Source: Candidatus Micrarchaeia archaeon
GTDB taxonomy: Archaea > Micrarchaeota > Micrarchaeia > Anstonellales > VGKX01
Direction: 5' to 3'
Assembly: GCA_041650395.1 (NCBI GenBank)
Contig: JBAZLG010000002.1
Coordinates: 63,050-127,049, forward strand
Length of the DNA stretch: 64,000 nt
In this document: positions 1-9,129 of the stretch, one piece after another
Layout: each line of letters starts with the position of its first letter
How positions within the stretch are numbered: position 1 is the stretch's first letter
Notes under the pieces: model-generated
Database searches by the model: none
What the model was told of the DNA's origin: nothing
The model's input: only the letters and a program-made list of their open reading frames with translations
Position numbers and translations under genes: made by a program

Positions 1-100
1 ATTTTATCTTGCCTGCGAGGGACTCGACCTGCGACTTCTTTTTCGCGATGGCCGCCCTCTCATGTTTCTGCACGTTTGTTTTGCGTTTGATTTTAGTCAT
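1..100 (-). CDS. rplP0: 50S ribosomal protein uL10 / stalk protein P0, N-terminal 33 codons (gene runs off window start)
   Basis: ATG at 100 on the minus strand reads MTKIKRKTNVQKHERAAIAKKKSQVESLAGKIK. It lies 27 nt downstream of uL1, matching the conserved archaeal L1-L10(P0)-L12 order. Too short to appear in the ORF track. Confidence 0.55.
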   Translation of the reverse strand, partial: MTKIKRKTNVQKHERAAIAKKKSQVESLAGKIK

Positions 101-126
101 AATTATCACGACACCTGGAGGATTTT

Positions 127-762
127 TCAAGCCACCTTGATTGCCTTGCCCATTGAAAGCTTCACGTAAATGGACTTAATGGACGGCTCGCTGACCTTCG
201 CCTTGACGCGCTCGTATACGGACTCGATGTTCTCGACAAGGTCCTCTGCGCTCATGTCTTCGGAGCCCACAAGGCACTGGGCTACCGGCAGGTATTTGCC
301 CTTTGAGGCAATTTTCACGCGGTTTCTTGCCTGCCTGACAGCCTCCGTGGGGCTGATGCCCACGATTGGCTTTGGCAGCTTGCCCCTGGCGCCAAGTACC
401 TGGCCCATGTTCTTGCCGACCAATACCATCATGCTTGGCTGGGCGAGGAATTCGCTCTCCTTGACAAGCTTTTTCAGCCTTGCCTGGTCTGCGACGAGTT
501 TCGGGATGCCAGGCCCGTCAATGACCTCTTCGGCGCCCGCATTTTTAGCCTCGAGAGCCACGCTCGTGTCCGCAAAGACTACGACTTTCTGGGGCTTGCC
601 CTTCCCTTTCGGGAGGACAACGTCAAGATTAAGCCTGTTTTCCGGCTTGGAAAAGTTGATTCCGCGGAAATTCATTATGAGCTCGACGCTCTGCTTGAAC
701 TTCTTCTTCCCTTTGTCCTCAAGCGCAAGGCTCACTGCCTGCGCGAACTTTGATTTGTCCAT
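127..762 (-). CDS. rpl1: 50S ribosomal protein uL1
   Basis: The 211-aa ORF has typical uL1 sequence (KFKQSVELIMNF, VLGARGKLPKP, GKYLPVAQCLVG). A GGAGGG Shine-Dalgarno-like motif lies 6 nt upstream of the ATG, and the P0 start follows downstream. Confidence 0.9.
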   Translation of the reverse strand: MDKSKFAQAVSLALEDKGKKKFKQSVELIMNFRGINFSKPENRLNLDVVLPKGKGKPQKVVVFADTSVALEAKNAGAEEVIDGPGIPKLVADQARLKKLVKESEFLAQPSMMVLVGKNMGQVLGARGKLPKPIVGISPTEAVRQARNRVKIASKGKYLPVAQCLVGSEDMSAEDLVENIESVYERVKAKVSEPSIKSIYVKLSMGKAIKVA

Positions 763-1017
763 TATGTTCCCTCCTGCTTTCCCTTGAAACGTTTTATGCC
801 TGTACTTGAAATACAGCAGTAAGACGGGATAACAAGTAGGTATTGTTTGGCAAGAAATCTTTTTAAACCTGATTTAGGCCCCCGCCAGGCGATACGAGGA
901 CAAAATCGCCCCCAAAATGAAGGAAAAACAAATGAAAAATGGACAGAAATGAACGTTGCACGCGTTGAGGCATGGCTGCCGGGAAATGACGGTTGCACGC
1001 GTTTAGGATTCTCTGCC

Positions 1018-1335
1018 CTAAGCCTGCGTGCTCGTGAACGTCAGTGTCGCAGTGCTTGTCTGCGGCGGGCTGTCCGAGTCGATTTTCACAAGAACATAAG
1101 CCCAAATCCTGTCCGATGCGTCATTGAACGCCAGGCCGGGGCAGACAGTGATGCTTGCTGTGCCCAAGTCCTGCATGGACTGGTTTATGCCGGCGCAAGA
1201 GCCTGCCTCGCTTTCAGACCCAAACATCCGGAACAAAGGCGCGGAACCGCCTATGAAACCCGCAGCATCCTTGTCGGACGCCACTGTTATGGAGACATTG
1301 ACATTCCCCTGGTTCTCCACAAGGAAGCCAAGCTC
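1018..1335 (-). repeat. Dispersed repeat copy 1: near-identical 3' coding end shared with 5784-6101
   Basis: By eye there are only scattered substitutions between 1018-1335 and 5784-6101. A more diverged third copy lies at 44081-44400. Confidence 0.8.
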
Positions 1336-4300
1336 CCCGCCTGTGGTGTTCGAGGTCTCATTGGACATCAGGGTAATCGAGCCTGCCGCGGGCGGAGTCA
1401 CGGAAACGAAACTGAAAGTGCTGTCATTCGCGCCATTGGAAGTGTATACCGCAATCTGGTTGGTGGAAGTGATGTTTATCCCTATAGTGCCATTGTTTGT
1501 CCATGCTATTTGCGCGCCAGTGTTGTTGTCATAAATGCCATAGCCTGAAAACCCGGTGGCATTGAAGGCCAGGAGCCTGTCCGCCTGGTCCCATGAGATG
1601 CCCGTGCACCTTGGCGAAGTGCAAGGCACGCCGTTTTGCTGGATGGTTGAAAGGTCGCCTGCAACGCCGGAATAGTAATATATGTCAGGCGCGGCCTGCT
1701 TCGAGTATACCCCTGTGAGGTTCAGGGTTATAGTAGTAGAAGAATTGAATGACGGGTCGAGAGCGGAGGAATTCACAGACACGAAGCCAGAGCCTATCAC
1801 AACATTGGAGTCGTAATCCTGCGAAACCGTGTTGACGCCGTGGGTCGGAGGGAAGCGTATCCTGCCTTTCCCCGGCTTCTCAAGCGTGAGGTTTGTAACA
1901 TTCCCCAGGTCTGCCAGTGCAGTGAAATCAGTAGTGGCGCCTCCGTAATTGCTTACCACCGGATTGTATGAGAGCCTGACAGACACCATGCCTGTTGTGT
2001 CCGAATATCCGGCAATGTCGGCCGCATAAGCGCCATAGGCGTAAGTCCCGTCTGATAGGTTTGTCAGGTTTGTGTCAAACTCCCATGATGTTGAATTGAT
2101 TTTTTTCAGGTTCGAATAGTAAAGCTGCCTTACCTCTTCGGATGAAAAGGAGCGGTTGTATATCCTGACTTCGTCAATAGTGCCGTTGAAGAACCTGCCT
2201 GCTACCATTGAATCCGTCCCGATTTGCACTGGCGAGGCAGTGTCCGCCAGCGTGCCTGACACAGGGCCTGTGTTAGAAAGGGCGCCATTGACGTAAATGC
2301 TGACATTTGTCGCGTTGAGAACCGCTACCACGTGGCTCCACGTGCCTGCCGGCACTGCGGTCGATGCCTGCGTGTTGAATATGACGTTCTGTCCGGAATC
2401 CCAGCCAGCAAGAGCGGGCAGGCCCGCATTCAGTGTGAAACGCCATTCGTTTTGCGGGCTTAGGCGCTTGCCCAATATGCCGCAGGTGGTCGCGGCAGCG
2501 CATTGCGCAGTTGGCTTCACCCATGCGGACACGGTAAATTTGTTTGAATAGAACATGTCGCTTGCGTTCACGTACTGCGAATTGCCATCCAGATATAGGC
2601 CGCTGCCAAACTCGCCGGGCCCAGAAGCTGCATTGTAAAGTCCCGTGATATTGTTTCCCCTGGCGCCAGAGTCAATTCCCGCAAGTTCCCCCTTGTTGAC
2701 AATGAAGTTGTCAAAGTAGGTGGTGATAGACTTGGCATTGTTGCGGTTGAGGGTGAATATCTTGACCTGCATGTTCTGGTTGGAAGCGCCGGTCACATTG
2801 GTATATCCATAATATGTCCAGCCGCCCGTGGTGCTGTTGTAATAATAACATGAAACTATTGTGCCGACGCGCGTCATCCTCATCTTCCCAACAGGAGTTG
2901 AGGCCACTATAAGGCTTCCGAACCTGTTGGATATCTGGGAATCCCAGGAGGCATATTCCATACTCCCGGACCACCTGAAGTAATCGCATTCATATGAATA
3001 GGAAGTGCCGGATACCTGGAGCGACGCCTGGTAGCCGTCCGTAGGGGTGCCCCACGCGCTGGCGTCATAGTCCACCTGTATGTCAAAATCGCCGGAGAGC
3101 CTGTAAGTGCTCATTATCTGGCCATAACTCCACGTGGTCGCAGCGGTCGTGGTCACAAGCCTGTTGCCTGAAACTGCCGCGGTCCCATAGGTGCTCCAGC
3201 GGCTTGTGTTCAAGGACGCGGCGTTGAATGCGTCCGAATAAATGGGGCCCTCGAAACCCCACATGCCCATGAGGGAAGAATCGTACAATGAATAATTCGT
3301 GCCATTCCAGTTCCAGACGAAGTCCCTAAGCTGGGTGGACGCGTTGACAGTCACGTTGGCAAACAGGCTGTTTGACTGCAGGACAGAGCCGTTTGCGGCA
3401 TTGCCAGCGCCAAAGCCCGGGCATGCCCTGCCGCAGTCGCCAAAATAATTGCGTATGCCATCCCTGGAATTATTGTAGAGCAGAGATATTTCCGTGCCAT
3501 TCAAAGAGCGGTTGAAAATGGCGACCTCATCGATTGTGCCGTTGAACGATGAATAGCCATTGTACCCCTTGCCGATGTAGAGGGGCTTTGCGGGGAGCGC
3601 GAAGCCTGTTATTGCCGCAGTGCTTGAAGATACCAATGCGCCGTCAACATAGAAACTCCTTGAATGGCCGGGTATGTCATAGGCAAAGGCGATGTGGTGC
3701 CATTCATTGGCGCTCCAGTTCTGGGTGTTGAAGTAGACGTTCGCGCCAATGGTCGAGGAATTGACAATGTCGCAGTCTATGCCGCCCGTTCCGTAATCAG
3801 TTGGGCGGAAGACGCAGCCAAGGCCGCTTCCAGAAGCGCCCCAGAAGTTGTAGTCAAGGAAAATCTCGTGGTTGGCATAGTTGTAAGCATTCCATCTGGG
3901 CTTTATCCAGAACGAAAGCGTCCCCGCGCTGCTCAAATTGAGGCTTGGCGAGTAGCTGACATTCACAAGGCCGTTGAACACGTATGCGCCGCCTACCTTG
4001 CCCGCGGACGAGGTGAGCGACGCGCCCGATACTGCGCCATTGTTCAAGCCCATTGCGTCATTGGCATTGGAATCGAATGGCCAATATGAGACAAGGCCCG
4101 CCGGGTATTTGGATGGCGGGCTTAGAAGCACGTAATAAGTGGAGCCAAAGCCGGCATTGCCGAAACTGTCATTAGACCAGACGCGATAGGAATAGAGCCC
4201 ATAGGACAGGTTGGATTTTGCAGATGCGTTGAAGGAAGTGCCAGACAACTGCAATGTCTCATTCGAGGTCCCGTTCCATTCAAGCATTGCCGAACTGACA

Positions 4301-5736
4301 GCCTTGTTGAATGCGCCCGAAATCTGGACAGAGGTGGCTGTGATGTTTGAATTATTGGCGGGCGTTGAACCGGAATATGCGGCCTCTGCCGGGAACGTGT
4401 CCGATGCCGCAAGGAATGGGTAGACATTGAGACGCGGGTAAGAATAGCCATTGACCTGAACCCTCTTGCCGGTCTGGTTTAGCTTCTGGTAAATCTGGTC
4501 GGGGGTCAGGGACCTGCCCTGCGCCCCAAGCTCGCTTTGAACTATGGCGACAGCGGCCGAAACGAAAGGTGTCGCCTGCGAAGTTCCGCCCATGTCAAGA
4601 GTGCCGCCAAGCCTGTAAGTGGAAGTGATGATGGCGCCGGGGGCCAGTATGTCGAGGTTGGGGCCATAATTGGTGAAGCACGCCAACTGGTCGGCCTGTG
4701 GCGAGCTGTCGGTGCACGTGCCGGGGCTGGTGCTCCAGGTCTGCGAACTGTAGTTGGAAGCGTAGACAGCGCCAACTGAAAAAGCCGCTGCCTCGCACGC
4801 GGGGCTTGAAACGCCGGAAGTGAAATGGTTGTTGCCTGAAGCCACTGCCACGAAAATGCCATTGGACTTGGCTGTGTTGAGGCTTGATGAAAAGCCGGTG
4901 GAGCAGCTGGTGTTGTACTGCGCGTTGTCGGTGATGCTCATTGAAATGACGCTGATGTTGTAAGCCGCACGGTTGGAATTGCACCAGTCAATGCCTGACA
5001 AGATGCTTGAGAGTGTGCCGGAATTGGAAGAGTCGAGGACCTTGACCACGGCTATCCGCGCCCCGGGGGCGGTCCGGTTGATTATGCCTGCGATGTGGGT
5101 GCCGTGGTTGTTGTCGTCCATCGGGTCGGAGTCGGAGTTGATGAAGTCATAACCCCCTACGAACTTGGCGCACGTGCCAGCCGCAAAGGCGGCTGCGCCG
5201 GAGCACCCGCCGAAATCGCTCTGGTTGTAATTAACGCCGGTGTCAAGAAGGCAGATGGTCTTGCCGACCCCTGTGGAATTGACGCCATTGACCTGAACGG
5301 AATATGCGGGAGTGACATTTATCATAGGCCAGGCAGCGCTGTCTGCGCCATAAAACGGCCGGTCGTAGTAAATGTCCTGAACAGAAGGGTCGGAGGCGAG
5401 TTGCGAGAGCTGGGCAGAGTCGAGGCTGGCGGCAAAACCATTGAAGCTCGAATACTGCGCCTTGACGGAAGTGAGCTTTCTTGAAGAGATAAGACGGTTC
5501 TGCGCTGTGGAATAGATAGCCCTCTTTGTGGCCTGCAAGGAGTCCTTTTGCGCCTCGGACATGGAAGGGCTTGATAGGGGCGATGTGTCACTAAGGATGA
5601 TGACAACAGGGGCCCTGCCCGACTTGGATATCTCGGAGGATACCAGGGGGTCGACGTAAGAGTGCGCAATCCCAGTCAAAAGCGAAAGCGCCACGAATGC
5701 AATGAATATTGCCCTAAACTGATTTTGCTGTGCCAT
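1018..5736 (-). CDS. Secreted subtilisin-like (S8) serine protease fused to LamG-type lectin domains and a shared C-terminal surface module
   Basis: The 1572-aa ORF has a signal peptide (MAQQNQFRAIFIAFVALSLLTGIAHS) and S8 triad motifs LLDTGV, HGTHIAG and GGTSQATPFV. LamG_3-like blocks follow (LVSYWPFDSNANDA, GTIDEVAIFNRSL, GTIDEVRIYNRSF). It is rich in N-X-S/T sequons. Confidence 0.85.
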   Translation of the reverse strand: MAQQNQFRAIFIAFVALSLLTGIAHSYVDPLVSSEISKSGRAPVVIILSDTSPLSSPSMSEAQKDSLQATKRAIYSTAQNRLISSRKLTSVKAQYSSFNGFAASLDSAQLSQLASDPSVQDIYYDRPFYGADSAAWPMINVTPAYSVQVNGVNSTGVGKTICLLDTGVNYNQSDFGGCSGAAAFAAGTCAKFVGGYDFINSDSDPMDDNNHGTHIAGIINRTAPGARIAVVKVLDSSNSGTLSSILSGIDWCNSNRAAYNISVISMSITDNAQYNTSCSTGFSSSLNTAKSNGIFVAVASGNNHFTSGVSSPACEAAAFSVGAVYASNYSSQTWSTSPGTCTDSSPQADQLACFTNYGPNLDILAPGAIITSTYRLGGTLDMGGTSQATPFVSAAVAIVQSELGAQGRSLTPDQIYQKLNQTGKRVQVNGYSYPRLNVYPFLAASDTFPAEAAYSGSTPANNSNITATSVQISGAFNKAVSSAMLEWNGTSNETLQLSGTSFNASAKSNLSYGLYSYRVWSNDSFGNAGFGSTYYVLLSPPSKYPAGLVSYWPFDSNANDAMGLNNGAVSGASLTSSAGKVGGAYVFNGLVNVSYSPSLNLSSAGTLSFWIKPRWNAYNYANHEIFLDYNFWGASGSGLGCVFRPTDYGTGGIDCDIVNSSTIGANVYFNTQNWSANEWHHIAFAYDIPGHSRSFYVDGALVSSSTAAITGFALPAKPLYIGKGYNGYSSFNGTIDEVAIFNRSLNGTEISLLYNNSRDGIRNYFGDCGRACPGFGAGNAANGSVLQSNSLFANVTVNASTQLRDFVWNWNGTNYSLYDSSLMGMWGFEGPIYSDAFNAASLNTSRWSTYGTAAVSGNRLVTTTAATTWSYGQIMSTYRLSGDFDIQVDYDASAWGTPTDGYQASLQVSGTSYSYECDYFRWSGSMEYASWDSQISNRFGSLIVASTPVGKMRMTRVGTIVSCYYYNSTTGGWTYYGYTNVTGASNQNMQVKIFTLNRNNAKSITTYFDNFIVNKGELAGIDSGARGNNITGLYNAASGPGEFGSGLYLDGNSQYVNASDMFYSNKFTVSAWVKPTAQCAAATTCGILGKRLSPQNEWRFTLNAGLPALAGWDSGQNVIFNTQASTAVPAGTWSHVVAVLNATNVSIYVNGALSNTGPVSGTLADTASPVQIGTDSMVAGRFFNGTIDEVRIYNRSFSSEEVRQLYYSNLKKINSTSWEFDTNLTNLSDGTYAYGAYAADIAGYSDTTGMVSVRLSYNPVVSNYGGATTDFTALADLGNVTNLTLEKPGKGRIRFPPTHGVNTVSQDYDSNVVIGSGFVSVNSSALDPSFNSSTTITLNLTGVYSKQAAPDIYYYSGVAGDLSTIQQNGVPCTSPRCTGISWDQADRLLAFNATGFSGYGIYDNNTGAQIAWTNNGTIGINITSTNQIAVYTSNGANDSTFSFVSVTPPAAGSITLMSNETSNTTGGELGFLVENQGNVNVSITVASDKDAAGFIGGSAPLFRMFGSESEAGSCAGINQSMQDLGTASITVCPGLAFNDASDRIWAYVLVKIDSDSPPQTSTATLTFTSTQA

Positions 5737-5783
5737 AAAACCCCCGAAGTGTATGTTTGATTATCATGAATTGCCGCAGGCGC

Positions 5784-6101
5784 TCACGCCTGCGTGCTCG
5801 TGAAAGTCAGCGTCGCCGTGCTTGTCTGCGGCGGGCTGTCCGAGTCGATTTTCACAAGAACATAAGCCCAAATCCTGTCGGAAGCGTCATTGAACGCCAG
5901 GCTGGGGCAGACAGTGATGCTTGCTGTGCCCAAGTCCTGCATGGACTGGTTTATGCCCGGGCAAGAGCCTGCCTCGCTTTCAGACCCAAACATCCGGAAC
6001 AAAGGCGCGGAACCGCCTATGAAACCAGCAGCATTCTTGTCGGACGCCACTGTTATGGAGACATTGACATTGCCCTGGTTCTCAACAAGGAAGCCAGTGT
6101 C
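5784..6101 (-). repeat. Dispersed repeat copy 2 (see 1018-1335)
   Basis: Near-identical DNA to 1018-1335, offset by 4766 bp. Confidence 0.8.
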
Positions 6102-8954
6102 GCCTCCCGTGACATTGCCGGATTCGTTTGACGTCAGGACAATTGAACCGGCAGCAGGCGGAGTAACTGGAATGAAAGAGAATGCGCTGTTATTTGATGA
6201 GCTTGAGGTATAGACAGCGATCTGGTTGGTTGACGTGATGTTTATCCCGATTGTGCCGCTCGTATTAGTAGGCGAGCCGCCGGCGCCAGTGAAATTGCCC
6301 GAGCCGTTCACGCCGTAATCCGAGAAACCAGTGACATTGAATGTCAAGATTCCTGTCCCCTGGTTCCATGAGACGCCAGTGCACCTGGGGGCGGAGCAGA
6401 CCTGCCCGTTCTGGAGAATCGTTGCAAGGCTTGAGGCGAATGCCTCGTAATAATATATCGTGGGCGCAGTTGCGCTCGAATAAACGCCTGTCAGGTTCAT
6501 TGTAAGCATTGCCGTTGAGTTAAAGCTGGAATCCAGGGCAGAGGAGTTGACTGAAATGAACCCATTGCCTATGATTACTTGCGTGTCATAGTCAGCGCCA
6601 GCCGCATTGACGGAATGGGTGGACGGGAACTTGATTTTTCCTGCGCCTGCCTTCTCAAGCGTCAGGTTCGTGACATTCGTTATGTCCGCCACTGCGGCGA
6701 AATTGGTCGTCTCGCCGCTATATGTTGAGACGACCGGGTTGTATGCGAGTGTCACGGAGCGCAAGCCGGTCGAATCTGTGTAGCCAGACGTGTCGGTTGA
6801 ATATGCCGCATAAGCATAAGTGCCGTCAGTGAGATTCGTCTGGTTTGTGACAAATTCCCATGCAGTGGAATTAAGCTTTCTTAGGTTTGAGAGGTAGAGC
6901 TGTTTCACCTCTGCCGCCGATAAGGAGCGGTTGTAAATCCTGACCTCGTCTATGGTGCCGTTGTAAGAATACACTCCAGATGCATAGCCAATTTGAAGGT
7001 TCGAGGCAATGTTTGGCATAGAGGATGTTTCAGCTTTCGGCGTGCCTATAGCCGAACCATCCAGGAAAAGCCTAAGATGCGTGCCATTTGCCACTGCGGC
7101 CAGATGGTGCCACTGCCCGTCATTAAGAGCAAGGCCAGCGACTTCAAGCGGGCTCCAAACGCCGTTTGCAAAAGCCCACCTGACCACTCCGGAGTTTGCC
7201 GGCATGTAGAGGAGGAGACCCATATTGTTAGCATTGTCCCATTTGGATACGAAGACGTTTTGAGAATTAGTGTTGGGCTTTGCCCAAACAGAGACGGTTG
7301 CCTGTGACGAACCGTCAAGGACCGAAACGTCCCCCATGTCAGAGTAGCCGGAAGAGAGCTGGATGCCATTGCCGTACTTGCCGGGCTGGCTGGAATACGC
7401 GCTTGACAGGGTGCCGTTGTTGCCGTACTTGCTCGAGTCTGAAATGGACTGGCCGCTGTTGACCTGGAAATTGTCAAAATCTACAGTCAGGGCTGGATAC
7501 GAGCCCCAGTTCCAAGCGCCAAGCCAGAGGTAATACGATGCCGTGGGGCTGATTGAACACGAGCCTGACTGTTTCCATGCGCCGCTGTCGTAATAATAGG
7601 AAGATATAGTAGAGCCTGAACTCACCAGCCTGAACTTGCCCGAAGTCAGGGAGGTCGCGTTGTTGCTGACCTGCGTGCCGGAGCAATACATCTGGTAATA
7701 ATCCGTGCCTGCCAGGATGTTCTTTTTTATTTCATAATAATTGGAAGCATTGGCGTAATTGTAGAGGCGCAGGGCATAATCGCTCTCGGTCACGTCAGAA
7801 GTTGAGACCTCTGTGAAATCCACCTGCATGTCAAAGCTGCCTGAAAAAGACATTGTGCCATAAGAGTTGAGCGCCCTGGCAGTTGAACTGCTTCCTGACG
7901 GGATTGAATACCTTGCCTTTCCCGCATTGGCTGTGACGCCATTGTTGTTGTTCCAGTGCGCGGAATTTATGCCTGAATCGAAATTGTCGCTGTAGTTCAT
8001 GTCCTCGAAGCTCCACATGCCCACAAGGGAGGAGTCGTAGAATGAATAGTTGGTGCTGTTCCAGTTGAAAGTGAAATTTGCCAGGCTTAAGGGGGGGTTG
8101 AGAGTGATATTGGCAAATACGGACGTTGACGCCAGTGTCGAGCCATTGGCTGGCGTGCCAGTGCCAAAGGACGGGCAGGAGGAAACGCAGGCCCCGAAAT
8201 AGTTTCTCGCGCCGTCTTTGGAATTGTTGTAGAATTGCGCTATCTCCGAAGCGGAAAGTGTCCTGTTGAAAATGGCGACCTCGTCTATCGAGCCGTTGAA
8301 ATCCACCATGCCCACGCTTGGGCTGTCAAAGCCTGTCCAGCCCTTGCCTATGAGCAGGTCGTTAGTGGTGTTGGTAAAAGTGACATTGCCGCTCTTGAAT
8401 GTCGCAAAAGGGGTTACAAACGCGCCGTCCACTGCTATTTGCGTCCCCGTGCCGTTCCAGACAAGCGCAAGAAGGTGCCAGGCATTGTTGTTGACTGAAG
8501 AAGGCGAGTCGGCAAGGTTCCATATCGCATAGCCGCTGTTGGCCCCGGCCCTCACAAGGCCCGAAGACCCAAGCACGTCGATGTACCACCCGTAATATTC
8601 CGCATTCGCGGGGTTGAAGAATTTCTGGATTATCGTAGAGCGGTTGGTATTGTTGCCCGCCTTTGCCCATGCAAGAATTGAAAAATTGCCGGGCCCGAAA
8701 TTCAGGGAAAGGCTGCTTGGGACAAGTATGTAATTGTTTGAGCCGCTAAAAACGTAAGTGCCGCCGACCCTGCCGCCGGAGGCGGCGAGAGTGGCGCCCA
8801 CAACAGTGCCGTTGTTCATCCCAAGCGCGTCATTCGCATTGGAATCAAAGGGCCAATAAGAAACAAGCCCGGATGGATATGCTGCCCATGAAACTGAAAA
8901 AAGCAAGATAACTAGTATTGGAAATGCCTGCCTCGTCCCCGAACAAATGCCCAT
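5784..8954 (-). CDS. Secreted LamG-domain surface protein, paralog of 1018-5736 without the protease domain
   Basis: The ORF track extends to 9182. I prefer the ATG at 8954 (MGICSGTRQAFPILVILLFSVSWAAYP, a signal peptide) followed by LVSYWPFDSNANDA. LamG_3 ends are IDEVAIFNRTL and IDEVRIYNRSL, and the C-terminal module is shared. Confidence 0.8.
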   Translation of the reverse strand: MGICSGTRQAFPILVILLFSVSWAAYPSGLVSYWPFDSNANDALGMNNGTVVGATLAASGGRVGGTYVFSGSNNYILVPSSLSLNFGPGNFSILAWAKAGNNTNRSTIIQKFFNPANAEYYGWYIDVLGSSGLVRAGANSGYAIWNLADSPSSVNNNAWHLLALVWNGTGTQIAVDGAFVTPFATFKSGNVTFTNTTNDLLIGKGWTGFDSPSVGMVDFNGSIDEVAIFNRTLSASEIAQFYNNSKDGARNYFGACVSSCPSFGTGTPANGSTLASTSVFANITLNPPLSLANFTFNWNSTNYSFYDSSLVGMWSFEDMNYSDNFDSGINSAHWNNNNGVTANAGKARYSIPSGSSSTARALNSYGTMSFSGSFDMQVDFTEVSTSDVTESDYALRLYNYANASNYYEIKKNILAGTDYYQMYCSGTQVSNNATSLTSGKFRLVSSGSTISSYYYDSGAWKQSGSCSISPTASYYLWLGAWNWGSYPALTVDFDNFQVNSGQSISDSSKYGNNGTLSSAYSSQPGKYGNGIQLSSGYSDMGDVSVLDGSSQATVSVWAKPNTNSQNVFVSKWDNANNMGLLLYMPANSGVVRWAFANGVWSPLEVAGLALNDGQWHHLAAVANGTHLRLFLDGSAIGTPKAETSSMPNIASNLQIGYASGVYSYNGTIDEVRIYNRSLSAAEVKQLYLSNLRKLNSTAWEFVTNQTNLTDGTYAYAAYSTDTSGYTDSTGLRSVTLAYNPVVSTYSGETTNFAAVADITNVTNLTLEKAGAGKIKFPSTHSVNAAGADYDTQVIIGNGFISVNSSALDSSFNSTAMLTMNLTGVYSSATAPTIYYYEAFASSLATILQNGQVCSAPRCTGVSWNQGTGILTFNVTGFSDYGVNGSGNFTGAGGSPTNTSGTIGINITSTNQIAVYTSSSSNNSAFSFIPVTPPAAGSIVLTSNESGNVTGGDTGFLVENQGNVNVSITVASDKNAAGFIGGSAPLFRMFGSESEAGSCPGINQSMQDLGTASITVCPSLAFNDASDRIWAYVLVKIDSDSPPQTSTATLTFTSTQA

Positions 8955-9100
8955 ACCATATAATATGATAAGGGGATTAATAAGAATTGCGCCATTATAC
9001 CCCGAAAGCCCAAAAGCACATGGAGCGGGGAAAGGCGAGCGGGAAAAAGGCTGGAAAAATAAGGAATGCGGGCAAAATATTGAAAAAGCCAAAGAAAAGG

Positions 9101-9129
9101 AAAGGAAAAAACAGGAAAAAAAAGGGGGA
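9101..9129 (-). terminator. Oligo-T termination signal downstream of ppsA
   Basis: The minus strand reads a T8 run starting about 7 nt after the ppsA stop (plus-strand A-run 9116-9123). Further T-rich tracts lie downstream. Confidence 0.45.

Noticed and set aside
1018-1975. PGF-CTERM/archaeosortase, sortase LPXTG or a C-terminal TM anchor in the shared surface module
   Set aside because: The proteins end ...DSDSPPQTSTATLTFTSTQA with no hydrophobic helix or basic tail after it. None of the known sorting tripartite signals is visible.
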